DNA of 64,000 bases from Candidatus Lustribacter sp. (GTDB taxonomy: Bacteria; Vulcanimicrobiota; Vulcanimicrobiia; Vulcanimicrobiales; Vulcanimicrobiaceae), in contig OZ255842.1 in NCBI GenBank assembly GCA_965277805.1, positions 4,928,001 to 4,992,000 on the forward strand, written 5' to 3'. A model generated the notes under the pieces. That model saw only the letters and a list, made by a program, of their open reading frames with translations. It was not told the origin of the DNA and did no database searches. Shown piece after piece: positions 14,174 through 23,164 of this stretch (position 1 is its first letter; every line of letters starts with the position of its first letter). Made by a program: the position numbers and the translations under genes.

Positions 14174-15091
14174 TTACGGTGTTTGATTCTGGTCGATAAG
14201 CCAAGCCGATTTCTCTTGCCGGCCACTGGTCATTTGCAAATCGAAGGTTTCGACGGCCCCTAAATTGGGTGAGCCGAACTGTCGCTCGGCTCTCGTCAGA
14301 AGCTCCCGGCCAAAGGGGCCGACGGCCGTGCTCTTGGCGTTGAAGAACTCGGACAACGCCTGAACCACGTGCTTTAAGCGGAACGGGCGTTCAGGCCAGT
14401 ACGGTGGGAACCAGCGCGCAAAGCTGAAAGGTACGCGCACAGTGTCGTCAAGGGCTATTCCGAAGTAGTCATGTAGCTCCGGCAGCGCGAGCTTGTTTGG
14501 GTGATCTACCAGCAAGAAGCCCACCGGCGGAAACTTGATAACGTGGCCGACGCCGCGCAGCTGCCGGAACTCCGGAGTCCCGACCGAATTCGGATCGAGA
14601 AAACGGAAATCGCGGGCCACCACGATTTCGGGATGCGGGTGGAACCAGCAGAAAAGATTCACATTCGCCGGCATAGGCGCGCCGCCGAAAACGTAGGCGC
14701 GAAGTTGCGGGTCAACGATCGGGTCGGCTTCTCCAAGGCGGGCGGCTACGAAATGACCGACGATTGAGCGCAAAGCTGCCCCCCGCATTGGAACAAGAAT
14801 GTCGGGCTTTTGGAGCAGTAACGCGGCCGCGTTTTGCGCCCGAACGGTATCGCAGAAGTCGGCGAGCGCGGGGTCGTACCGTCCGAGAAGCTCGTTACAT
14901 CGCTCGCACAGCGTCCAGTAGATTAGCCCGTTGCGGGCCTTTGCAGGCAGCGGAAAATTCGGATCAGCGATGAGCGGATTGACGAACAATGGGCCGCTAT
15001 TACCGCAACATTGCGGCGGTATATGATCCTTGGTCATTACGCGCTCTTGCTGGCAAAGATTGCACACACGAGTTCGGCGAACTTTTGGCAT
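14174..15091 (-). CDS. HNH-endonuclease-like zinc-binding protein
   Basis: CNLC...KDHIPP...LCERCNELLG pattern plus an unknown C-terminal domain. Confidence 0.7.
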   Translation of the reverse strand: MPKVRRTRVCNLCQQERVMTKDHIPPQCCGNSGPLFVNPLIADPNFPLPAKARNGLIYWTLCERCNELLGRYDPALADFCDTVRAQNAAALLLQKPDILVPMRGAALRSIVGHFVAARLGEADPIVDPQLRAYVFGGAPMPANVNLFCWFHPHPEIVVARDFRFLDPNSVGTPEFRQLRGVGHVIKFPPVGFLLVDHPNKLALPELHDYFGIALDDTVRVPFSFARWFPPYWPERPFRLKHVVQALSEFFNAKSTAVGPFGRELLTRAERQFGSPNLGAVETFDLQMTSGRQEKSAWLIDQNQTP

Positions 15092-15204
15092 TTTGCTCGA
15101 CCTGCACTTAGTCTATATTGCTAATTCGCAATGTTATTTGCTGAGTCTTGCGGATGCTGCATCGCACTGGTACGCTAAAGCTAGCATAGTCTTAAAAGAC
15201 TGGA

Positions 15205-15411
15205 GTGACACCAATGGCTACGGTCATCGACTTGCTCAAATACCTTGAGAAGCGGGAACCCGCCGCGGGCCTGGCTCTGCGGGCGGCCGTACTTGCGCGC
15301 GAGTTCCAGGACGTTACCGGCCAGCAAAATGCCGAAGCAATGCGATTGGGTAAGTCGGGTAGAGAAGGGCGCGCAATCCACCGCGACCTCCTCGAGGTGC
15401 GGGGACGATGA
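15205..15411 (+). CDS. Small hypothetical protein
   Basis: GGAG RBS; ATGA overlap with the excisionase. Confidence 0.5.
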   Translation: MTPMATVIDLLKYLEKREPAAGLALRAAVLAREFQDVTGQQNAEAMRLGKSGREGRAIHRDLLEVRGR

Positions 15412-15608
15412 CGTTGAACGATCGTCGGGCCCTAGTCGCCGAAGGAGTGCTCGACGTTCGATCCGCCGCCGCATTTCTTGGCATATCTCGTAGCCGGCTT
15501 TACGAGATTATGGGCAGTCGGCTTCTGCCGTATGTCAAGATAGGGCGGCGCGTTTTGATCCCCAGGCGTGCTGCAATCGAATTCTTGGCCCGCCGGGTCG
15601 TCGGATAA
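15408..15608 (+). CDS. Excisionase-like HTH_17 DNA-binding protein
   Basis: LDVRSAAAFLGISRSRLYEIM...LPYVKIGRRVLIP. Confidence 0.88.
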   Translation: MTLNDRRALVAEGVLDVRSAAAFLGISRSRLYEIMGSRLLPYVKIGRRVLIPRRAAIEFLARRVVG

Positions 15609-15622
15609 GTTTGGCGTCGATC

Positions 15623-16387
15623 CTACACAGGATCAAGTTCAGCCGATTCAACGATTCGCAGCAAATGAAGCGCGCTTATGATAATCTCAAGAGCGTCCTG
15701 CGGATCGTCCACATGCGGCGCCTCGTGCACCGCCCTGTTTCGGTACATTCCAAACAGGCCGCGAAACAAGTGTTCCTCATCGGCGAGGTCGCCCTTCCGA
15801 TCTTTGCGCTGCCTGCGCGTACCTGATATCGCCTTAAAGAAGTTCGTAATGAGTACCTGGCCAGAAACGTGCGACGAGAGATTCGCACGTTCGCGCATGC
15901 GCACTTCGACGGCCTTGAACGCGCCCGCAATCGCAAGGTCAAAGTCTCCAGCAACAAGCGGGGGCACGATACGGGACCGCGACGCGACAGGAATCAAGTC
16001 AACCGCTCGCATTGCGAGGGCAATTCCGCCGGCACCATTTGCTGATGCTGCCGCAACCTGCTCGCCGAGACGAGTTGCGACCATTGGCCCACGCGGATTC
16101 GACCCGCCGCCGCGGGAGTGATATTCGGCAATAAGCCCGTGGGCGGTGAGCCAAGCGATGGCATCACCAGCAGCGGCCCGTACAGCCGGAATTTCGACGC
16201 TTTCGGAGGCTACTAGGTCAGTTAGCGCGGTAATTGGCCGCCACTGGGGCTGACGATCCGGGCGAGTCCAGGCGTCACGCGACCCATTGAGCGACACTAT
16301 TTCCCGCAGAATGGCAATGCCCAAGTCCGAAGAGTCTGCTTGCAGCACGGCATCAGCGCTTGGGAAACGCTCGCGGATAATTCCCAT
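15623..16387 (-). CDS. TIGR02391 family protein
   Basis: C-terminal AFKAVEVRMR...LFRGLFGMYRNRAVH...DALEII signature. Confidence 0.75.
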   Translation of the reverse strand: MGIIRERFPSADAVLQADSSDLGIAILREIVSLNGSRDAWTRPDRQPQWRPITALTDLVASESVEIPAVRAAAGDAIAWLTAHGLIAEYHSRGGGSNPRGPMVATRLGEQVAAASANGAGGIALAMRAVDLIPVASRSRIVPPLVAGDFDLAIAGAFKAVEVRMRERANLSSHVSGQVLITNFFKAISGTRRQRKDRKGDLADEEHLFRGLFGMYRNRAVHEAPHVDDPQDALEIIISALHLLRIVESAELDPV

Positions 16388-16424
16388 GTTTAGTTGAAGC
16401 GCCGTTCGGCGCAGTTTTTTTGTG

Positions 16425-16976
16425 TCACTTTTCCATCGAGGAAACGACGTGGCCACAATCTTCGCCGTTTGCCGTCGCACATCGCACAAACCTAGAAACA
16501 TCGACGTTGCTCATTCGCGGGCTGTCGCCAATAGCGGCGTCCAGGTTTGCGACGGTTAGTGCGAAGGACCGGCCCGCTAGAACGGGCTCCGCAGCATGTA
16601 GCGCGCCGCCAATAGTGGCGGTATATGTAAGCGTCAAGCGCTTACCGTTTCGCCGCACCATTTCTTTCAACGCCGTTCGCTGCTCCACTGGCACCCGTTC
16701 CAAATCTCTGCTCCAATCATAACAAAACTGGTCGTAGCAGTGCTCTCCCAGCGCACTTATCATCAATTCGGCGAACGCCGTTCGGGCAGTCTCGTAGCCG
16801 GAGTAAAACCCTACGGACATCCCCTGCACAGCCGCGACCTTTTGGACGTACGTCTGCGTCCGCCACCAGGTGCCGTCAAGTATGACGAGTGTTTTCTCGG
16901 TTGCTTCGGCGATAGCGACACCACCTATGAAAGCGACGCCAGAGATCAGTGCGGTGATCCGTCTAGATATCGTCAT
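16425..16976 (-). CDS. Secreted hypothetical protein
   Basis: N-terminal signal peptide; paired Cys residues. Confidence 0.6.
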   Translation of the reverse strand: MTISRRITALISGVAFIGGVAIAEATEKTLVILDGTWWRTQTYVQKVAAVQGMSVGFYSGYETARTAFAELMISALGEHCYDQFCYDWSRDLERVPVEQRTALKEMVRRNGKRLTLTYTATIGGALHAAEPVLAGRSFALTVANLDAAIGDSPRMSNVDVSRFVRCATANGEDCGHVVSSMEK

Positions 16977-17268
16977 TGCCCGTTCCTCGTATCGCGATCA
17001 CCGGCAGCGTCGGCCTCTTTCTTGCAAACATATGCGCCGTGCTTCGTGCGCCCATACCAGCGCATGCCCTTTTCGTGATAGATGCCGCTTGCCGTATTAA
17101 GCCAACCACGACATCGCGCGGACAGTGCTTCTGTGCAGCAATTTCCGTATCGAACGTCGCTGGCGTTGTGACGACGGCGACGTTAGCTGACGCCGCGAAC
17201 GCGGTTGCCCCAAGGCCGATATATACGGCCAAAATCACGGAGACAATGAAAGCCTGGACGGTCCGCAT
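16973..17268 (-). pseudogene. Small secreted protein with a 1-nt frameshift
   Basis: AQKHCPRDVVV continues in another frame as WLNTASGIYHEKGMRWYGRTKHGAYVCKKEADAAGDRDTRNGQ*, whose stop overlaps the next ATG. Confidence 0.7.
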
Positions 17269-17408
17269 GCGTTAACCCCGGGATTGCTTCGCGGTCCTTC
17301 TCTCTCGCAAGCCTTCGGGCCGTCCGAACGTCACGTCCAGTTCGTACCTAGCGGCGCCATTAGAATTAGGGTAGAGGGCTCGGACCAGGGCAATACAAAG
17401 GCCGCCGC

Positions 17409-18137
17409 ATGGAGCCTGGATTTATCACAGCGCTAGCGCCGTTCGTCCTCGCGTGCGCCTTAGCAATGGCTGCAGTTAGGTGGTCCGACAACGCACGCGC
17501 AAAGCATCTATGCGGTATCGGCGCGGTCGCTTGCGTGTTCCTGACCGCTGCACTCGCCGGATCAGGTATACTCGGGCTCGTGGGGATGAATGTCGTGCAG
17601 CGCATCTGCATCTGCATGGGAATTGCGCTTTTGGCGTTCGGCTTGCTCTATCCGACGATCGAGAGACGCGCCGGCCTTCGAGAGCGAACCACGATGCCCA
17701 CTAAGGTTATGCCGATTCGATTTCTCGCTTCTCAAATCGTCGGCCGACGTGGCGACAAAGACGAGTACCTTCTCGCCGCCCGGCTCCATATTTTTAACGA
17801 CGGGGAAGATGGCGAGGTACAGTTCTCGGCGGCGGAGATGCTCGGACTGTCAGTAAACGACGACGTGAAGCGTGCAGAAAACATCGTTCAAACGCGCGCA
17901 TTAGCAGAGCATTCGACGGACCCAATTGGGAAGTATCGCTTGCAGAGAGGACCGGCTATATTTGAAACGCCACCCCTCACTGTTTCGAAAGAAGAATTCG
18001 AACTCTACTTCGCTGGCAAACGCACGTTCTATTTCGCCGGTAAAATGATCGTGACGACACCCGGCGACACATGGAAGCTGCCTATTTGTGGCTATTCTCC
18101 AGGCGATCCGGCCGTGGTATTGCAGTGCCCAGATTAG
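17409..18137 (+). CDS. Hypothetical membrane protein
   Basis: Three N-terminal hydrophobic helices and a soluble C-terminal domain. Confidence 0.6.
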   Translation: MEPGFITALAPFVLACALAMAAVRWSDNARAKHLCGIGAVACVFLTAALAGSGILGLVGMNVVQRICICMGIALLAFGLLYPTIERRAGLRERTTMPTKVMPIRFLASQIVGRRGDKDEYLLAARLHIFNDGEDGEVQFSAAEMLGLSVNDDVKRAENIVQTRALAEHSTDPIGKYRLQRGPAIFETPPLTVSKEEFELYFAGKRTFYFAGKMIVTTPGDTWKLPICGYSPGDPAVVLQCPD

Positions 18138-18439
18138 ACGCAAGCGTCACTGTGATTTTCTAAAAATTTGGTCGGACGCGAGTCTGGGCAGTCCCTCCTT
18201 AGCCCCTAGCTCCGTCGCTGAGACGTTGCCTTGACACCCTGGCCCCCGGGGCTGGCATATCGCGGGCCAGGGGCCGGGGGCGACTTTCCGGGCATTTTTC
18301 CGACTCGGAACAACTCGGAACGATCGAACGCAACGAAACGACCCGACTCGCATTGAGCCGGGTCATATCGAATAGGTTTTACACGTGAACGGGAATGAGT
18401 TAATAACAGTCAGAGTCAGTCAAAATGACCGTTTAGAGA

Positions 18440-18464
18440 TTCGATTCCTACACGCTCCCGCCAG
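18440..18464 (+). repeat. att site: duplicated tRNA-Sec 3' end
   Basis: Exact copy of 13324-13348. Confidence 0.95.
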
Positions 18465-18529
18465 CACTCGTCAAGCGTTATCAAACGCAGGCAGACACGG
18501 CGTCTTCGCGTGACGCGCGCCCGAAATGG

Positions 18530-18799
18530 TCACGGATCGGTCACGAGGAGCGGCTTTTCAGTAGCCCGCCGATCGCCAAGCCGCTTTCTGAAACGCTTCA
18601 CGTCATTGCCGCAGCGCATGCAGGTTGCGGCCCGCTTATCCCTGACGATGTGCACGCCGCATAGCGCCGCCGCGCACGTTTCGCAACGCCAAGCGGGAAT
18701 CGACCGGCAAAATTTCGGGTTAGTGCTGACATGGGCGCAGTGTGACGTCCGGCGACGACGTTCGCGCGTTCTGAGCTGGATGTTCATGGGCGCGCTCAT
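18530..18799 (-). CDS. Small zinc-finger-like protein
   Basis: GGGAG RBS; C..C, CxxC-x4-CxxH and CxxC pattern. Confidence 0.6.
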   Translation of the reverse strand: MSAPMNIQLRTRERRRRTSHCAHVSTNPKFCRSIPAWRCETCAAALCGVHIVRDKRAATCMRCGNDVKRFRKRLGDRRATEKPLLVTDP

Positions 18800-19077
18800 C
18801 TTACTCCCTTAGCGGTTAAACTAGCGTTAACTTTGCCTTATATGTGCAGTTAAGCTGGACCCCCGCATGCGATGGATTACCCTTTAGTCGGCGGAGACGG
18901 CTCCTGCACGCTTCCGCCAATACATCGCTATGCCTCGGCGCGAGTCATGGTTCAAGGACGAAGCGGTGTTGCGTTGGGACCACAATCCAGAGTGCGAGCA
19001 AGATCAGCCGGCCGGATAGTCCGATGATCATCATCGTCAGATGGAAGACGCGGCTTCGAGCTCGAAGCGCTCGCCGT

Positions 19078-20046
19078 ATGCTGAAGCGTGGACGTCTCTT
19101 GCAGGCCGCTCGCTGGGGCGTTGCAATTGCGACCATATTTGCGCTCGCTTCGACTTTGTCGCGTGCGCAGATCCTCACGGTCATCCGTGCGGCTGCGATC
19201 GCCGACGATGATGCTGCCACGATTCTGTATGCTCAACGTTCGGGCGCATTTCGGCGAGCCGGCCTCGATGTTCAATTTCAGGCACTATCCGGCGGATCGG
19301 CCATCGCTGCAGCGGTGATCGGCGGAGCCGTGGACGTCGGCAAATCGGGCACCGTGACGCTGGTCAACGCACACGATCGCAACGTGCCGGTCACCATCGT
19401 TGCGCCGGCCTCGATCTACGACACCAAGGACTCCCTGTCCGAACTCGTTGTCGCCACCGATTCGCCCGTTCACTCGGCCAAAGACCTCAATGGCCGCACC
19501 GTCGCCGTCGGCTCGCTCAAGGGACTCGAGCAGATCTGTATCTCCGGCTGGGTCGACAACAACGGCGGCGACTCCAAAACGCTGCATTTCCTCGACATGC
19601 CGCTCAACGCGATGCGCGCGGCACTGGAGACGCACCGAGTCGAGACGGCGATGATGACGGATCCGGCCCTTGCCGAGGAGCTCGCGAGCGGAAAAGTGCG
19701 CATTCTCGGTCATGCGACCGATGGCATCGCGCCGCACTTTCTCGGCACGGCGTGGTTCGCGTCTACCGACTGGGCGCGTGCCCATTCCGCCGCAGTCACC
19801 GCATTTTCACGGGTCATGCGCGAGACCTCGATCTACGTGAACGCGCACCCGGCGGACACCGTGCCCATCATCGCGGACCTCACGGGAGTTTCAGCCGACC
19901 GAATTGCAAATATGCCGCGTAATGCCGGCGGGAGCGTCCTCAATGCGAGTGACCTGCAGCCCGTCATCAATGCCGCCGCTAAATATGGGACGATCAGCAA
20001 AGTCTTTCCGGCATCCGAGCTGATTTTCGCGGCAGGCGTGCACTAA
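19078..20046 (+). CDS. ABC substrate-binding protein, SsuA/NMT1 family
   Basis: Paralog of 10741-11685 (AAVIGGAVDVG, DLNGRTVA, GGDS). Confidence 0.87.
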   Translation: MLKRGRLLQAARWGVAIATIFALASTLSRAQILTVIRAAAIADDDAATILYAQRSGAFRRAGLDVQFQALSGGSAIAAAVIGGAVDVGKSGTVTLVNAHDRNVPVTIVAPASIYDTKDSLSELVVATDSPVHSAKDLNGRTVAVGSLKGLEQICISGWVDNNGGDSKTLHFLDMPLNAMRAALETHRVETAMMTDPALAEELASGKVRILGHATDGIAPHFLGTAWFASTDWARAHSAAVTAFSRVMRETSIYVNAHPADTVPIIADLTGVSADRIANMPRNAGGSVLNASDLQPVINAAAKYGTISKVFPASELIFAAGVH

Positions 20047-21158
20047 TGGCCGTCATTTCCCGGCTGCTCGTCACGGCCGCAGCAATCGCCTTGCTTGCCG
20101 CGTCGCCTGCGAAGCCCCTAGTACTGGCGCAAGATACATATTTCTTCGTCGGTGGTCAGTACGTGAAGACGCCTGACGGGGACGTCATGGATGGGCAGAT
20201 GTACGTCCACGCGCTGATCCCGTGGAAGGTGACACATCGCTACGGTATCGTGTTCGTCACGGGCCGAAATTCGACCGGGACCTACTACGAGGGTACGCCG
20301 GATGGCCGTGAAGGCTGGGCGCAATTCTTCGTGCGTCGCGGGTACCGGGTTTACGTCACCGATCAGCCGGCGCGCGGCCGCTCTGTCTATCACCCCGATC
20401 TCGACGGCAAGCTCGCCGGTGGCCGCGCCGTGACTGCACAATCGATGGAACGCACGAAGACCGATCAGCAAGATCTCAACCCCACGGCGCTCACCAAACT
20501 TCACACGCAATGGCCAGGCAGGGGCGTCGAGGGCGATCCAACGTTCGATCAATTCTACGCCTCCATCGTTGAGTCGGTTCCGAGTTCGAGCGATTGGACC
20601 GAGATCCACGAGCGTGCAGCTTCCGCGGCATTGCTCGACCGTATCGGGCCTGCGATCCTCATCACGCACTCTCAAGGCGGCGCCCTCGGGTGGCAAATCG
20701 CGGATGCGCGGCCGAAACTCGTCAAAGCGGTGATTGCGGTTGAACCGGCGCTGAGTCCGACGGTGACGACGACCAGCGAAGAAGCGCCTTATTACGGCAT
20801 CACGATGACGCCGATTACGTACGATCCGCCGGTGAGCGATCCGTCCCAGATCGTGCATGTGCCCCAGTCGGCTCCCGATCGCCCGGACGTGCTCGCGTGT
20901 TGGCTGCAAGCGCCGCCGGTGCGCACGCTGCCGACGCTGAAGGGCATTGCGATTCTTGTCGTTGCATCACAAGCGTCGACGCAAAGTCCGGATCACTACT
21001 GCGTTTCGCGTTATCTCACGCAGGCGGGCGTCCCGAATCAATATGTCTCACTCCCAAGCGTCGGCATCACGGGAAATGCGCACATGATGATGCTCGAGAA
21101 AAATAGCGATCGGATCGCAGCCTTTTTCGCCCGTTGGCTCGCGGCGAGGCACTTCTAA
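20046..21158 (+). CDS. Secreted alpha/beta hydrolase
   Basis: TPDGREGW, THSQGG nucleophile elbow, GNAHMMMLEKN. Confidence 0.85.
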   Translation: MAVISRLLVTAAAIALLAASPAKPLVLAQDTYFFVGGQYVKTPDGDVMDGQMYVHALIPWKVTHRYGIVFVTGRNSTGTYYEGTPDGREGWAQFFVRRGYRVYVTDQPARGRSVYHPDLDGKLAGGRAVTAQSMERTKTDQQDLNPTALTKLHTQWPGRGVEGDPTFDQFYASIVESVPSSSDWTEIHERAASAALLDRIGPAILITHSQGGALGWQIADARPKLVKAVIAVEPALSPTVTTTSEEAPYYGITMTPITYDPPVSDPSQIVHVPQSAPDRPDVLACWLQAPPVRTLPTLKGIAILVVASQASTQSPDHYCVSRYLTQAGVPNQYVSLPSVGITGNAHMMMLEKNSDRIAAFFARWLAARHF

Positions 21159-21315
21159 CAGCAAGCAGAAGAGCGCCGGCTAGCGTCGCATCGGCATCAA
21201 TCGCAAGCGAGGGCATCGTCGAGCGACCTATAATGCGAGCGGCACGCAAGGACGAGCAAACGTTTACTTTGCGTAATGGTATCCCAGATGCGATTCATGT
21301 ACCACGTCACGGTGA

Positions 21316-21552
21316 ATGATGGTCCTCATGATTCGATGGGTAAAAGCACAGACGGGACGCGCTCACCTCGACCTGGGTCAACGTTCGAGTGAAAGCTTAC
21401 GAGTACGAGCCAAACATGTGATCGTCACCGCCTGCCGCGCACACGTCAACGGCGACTCCGTTGAGGCCCTGCTGAGCGACGGCACGATCTGCTCGAATTG
21501 CCTGCGGATCTACCGCTCATTGTCGTGCGAACCGGAAGAGCTGAGCGCGTAA
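21316..21552 (+). CDS. Small hypothetical protein (H/C...CxxC)
   Basis: 78 aa with TAC and CSNC motifs. Confidence 0.45.
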   Translation: MMVLMIRWVKAQTGRAHLDLGQRSSESLRVRAKHVIVTACRAHVNGDSVEALLSDGTICSNCLRIYRSLSCEPEELSA

Positions 21553-21606
21553 CCGCCGCTCAGACAAGGGTCTATTAACCGTAGCGCGCCTACATTTCAG
21601 TTGATA

Positions 21607-22002
21607 ATGAAGCAGAAGAGCGCCGGCCTTACCATCACCGAACTCCAGAATCAGATCGCGTCGGTCGAGGGGTTTCGCATTTCGTTCGAGCGGTTCGGGG
21701 CTGCGGATACGCCGATCGACCCGTATCCGTACGACGTGATGGCGCCGAGTAAGTGGCGCATCTCGGATTGGAAACGCGTTCGGTTGGCGTCGTATATCGG
21801 TACGTTCAAGTCGGTCACGGTGTTTCAGGGAGATGATACGCCGGTGAAGTCCGACATCAAGCTCGTCGGTCTGCGTGATTCGTATTATCAGGCGCGCTAT
21901 GGGACGCTCGAGCCGGAAGAACGGCCGATCCTTTCGGAGATCGAAGTGGCGCGCGAGAAAAGGAACGCCGCTGCGGCGCCCCCGGAGCGCAAGCGCCGCT
22001 GA
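21607..22002 (+). CDS. Hypothetical protein
   Basis: Globular-looking ORF with host-like codon usage. Confidence 0.65.
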   Translation: MKQKSAGLTITELQNQIASVEGFRISFERFGAADTPIDPYPYDVMAPSKWRISDWKRVRLASYIGTFKSVTVFQGDDTPVKSDIKLVGLRDSYYQARYGTLEPEERPILSEIEVAREKRNAAAAPPERKRR

Positions 22003-22008
22003 TTGCGG

Positions 22009-22983
22009 TTATTGTGGCAGTAGCTGTGCTATTCGGTTGAGGATGTTTTGGGGGAGGGGGTCTTTGGCTTCGGCTGCTGCGGCGACTTCAACTTGGGGGA
22101 GGTCGGAAAAGCCGATGAGCGCTGATGAAATCGTGGGATTCGTTATTGCGAAACGTAGGGCGGCCTCGGCTAGCGTTGCCACGTGGCCTTCGGTTACGAG
22201 CGGTGTTAAGCGCGCTGCGCGCTCGACATCGCCGCGATAGTCGGCGCTCGTGCCCATCGGCACGACGTTCTGCGAGCTGATAGCATGGCGTGTCGCCTCG
22301 CTGCTTAGCGCACCGCCTGCCAAGACGCGAATGCCGACGGCCCCCATGTGTTGTTCGGCCGCGCGCGCGAGAACGTTCTCGTAGTTCGCTCCTGTGAAGG
22401 CGAATGGACCCTCACCCGCGCTGGGGTTGAGGATATTGTAGATCACCTGGAAGACGTCGAATGCGCCGGTTGCGATGAGCTGCGGAATTGCGGCGGCTTC
22501 GCCGGTTCCGGAGAAGCCGTAGAAGCCGATCTTGCCTTGCCGGCGCAGCGCTTCGAAGGCCGGGACGACCTCCTCGATCACCGTCGCAACGTCGAGCGTG
22601 CCGTTGCCGCCGGCGAGCGTCACCGCGGTGTGAAGCTGAAACACGTCGACGCGCTCGCGCTGCAGGCGGCGCAGGCTCGCCTCACACGATTCGGCGATTG
22701 CTGCGCCGAGCTTTCCGCGTTTCTCCGGTGGGGCCGGCGACTTGGTGGCGAGGACGATGTCGGGTCGCAGCGTCGCCAATACGCGGCCGAGATTCGTTTC
22801 CGACACGGTGTCGCCGTACATCGGCGCCGTATCGAAGTAGTTGATGCCGAGTTCGAGGGCCCGCGCGACGGCGCGCTCTTGATCGGCGGCGGTGCCGCGC
22901 ACCATCAAGCCGCCGATGTTGCCGCAACCGAAGCCGAGCCGCGATACGCGTAGTCCGGTGCGGCCGAGGACGCGATACTCCAC
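22009..22983 (-). CDS. Aldo/keto reductase
   Basis: YRVLGRTGLRVSRLGFG, FDTAPMYG, SLRRLQ, FQLH. Confidence 0.94.
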   Translation of the reverse strand: MEYRVLGRTGLRVSRLGFGCGNIGGLMVRGTAADQERAVARALELGINYFDTAPMYGDTVSETNLGRVLATLRPDIVLATKSPAPPEKRGKLGAAIAESCEASLRRLQRERVDVFQLHTAVTLAGGNGTLDVATVIEEVVPAFEALRRQGKIGFYGFSGTGEAAAIPQLIATGAFDVFQVIYNILNPSAGEGPFAFTGANYENVLARAAEQHMGAVGIRVLAGGALSSEATRHAISSQNVVPMGTSADYRGDVERAARLTPLVTEGHVATLAEAALRFAITNPTISSALIGFSDLPQVEVAAAAEAKDPLPQNILNRIAQLLPQ

Positions 22984-23164
22984 GCCTCAGAACCTCGCTA
23001 AGCGCGCTTCACGCAGTTCATCTTGCCGTACGGTTGCCGCGCGGAGTAGCGCCGCGAAAGCGAAGGGCGTGGCTCCCAGAATGCCCAGCATCCGGGCGCG
23101 CGTTAGCTGCATGGGGCCGAGTTCGCCACAGGCGCCGAAGTCCTCTCGGGCGTAGACGCAACGC

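Larger units (their letters stand above)
13324..18464. mobile_element. Decayed integrative island at tRNA-Sec
   Basis: Identical 25-bp TTCGATTCCTACACGCTCCCGCCAG at 13324-13348 and 18440-18464, integrase remnant, excisionase and visibly lower GC. Confidence 0.92.

Noticed and set aside
13360-18464. Repeats as a CRISPR array
   Set aside because: Only two copies about 5 kb apart, no repeat-spacer periodicity and no cas genes.
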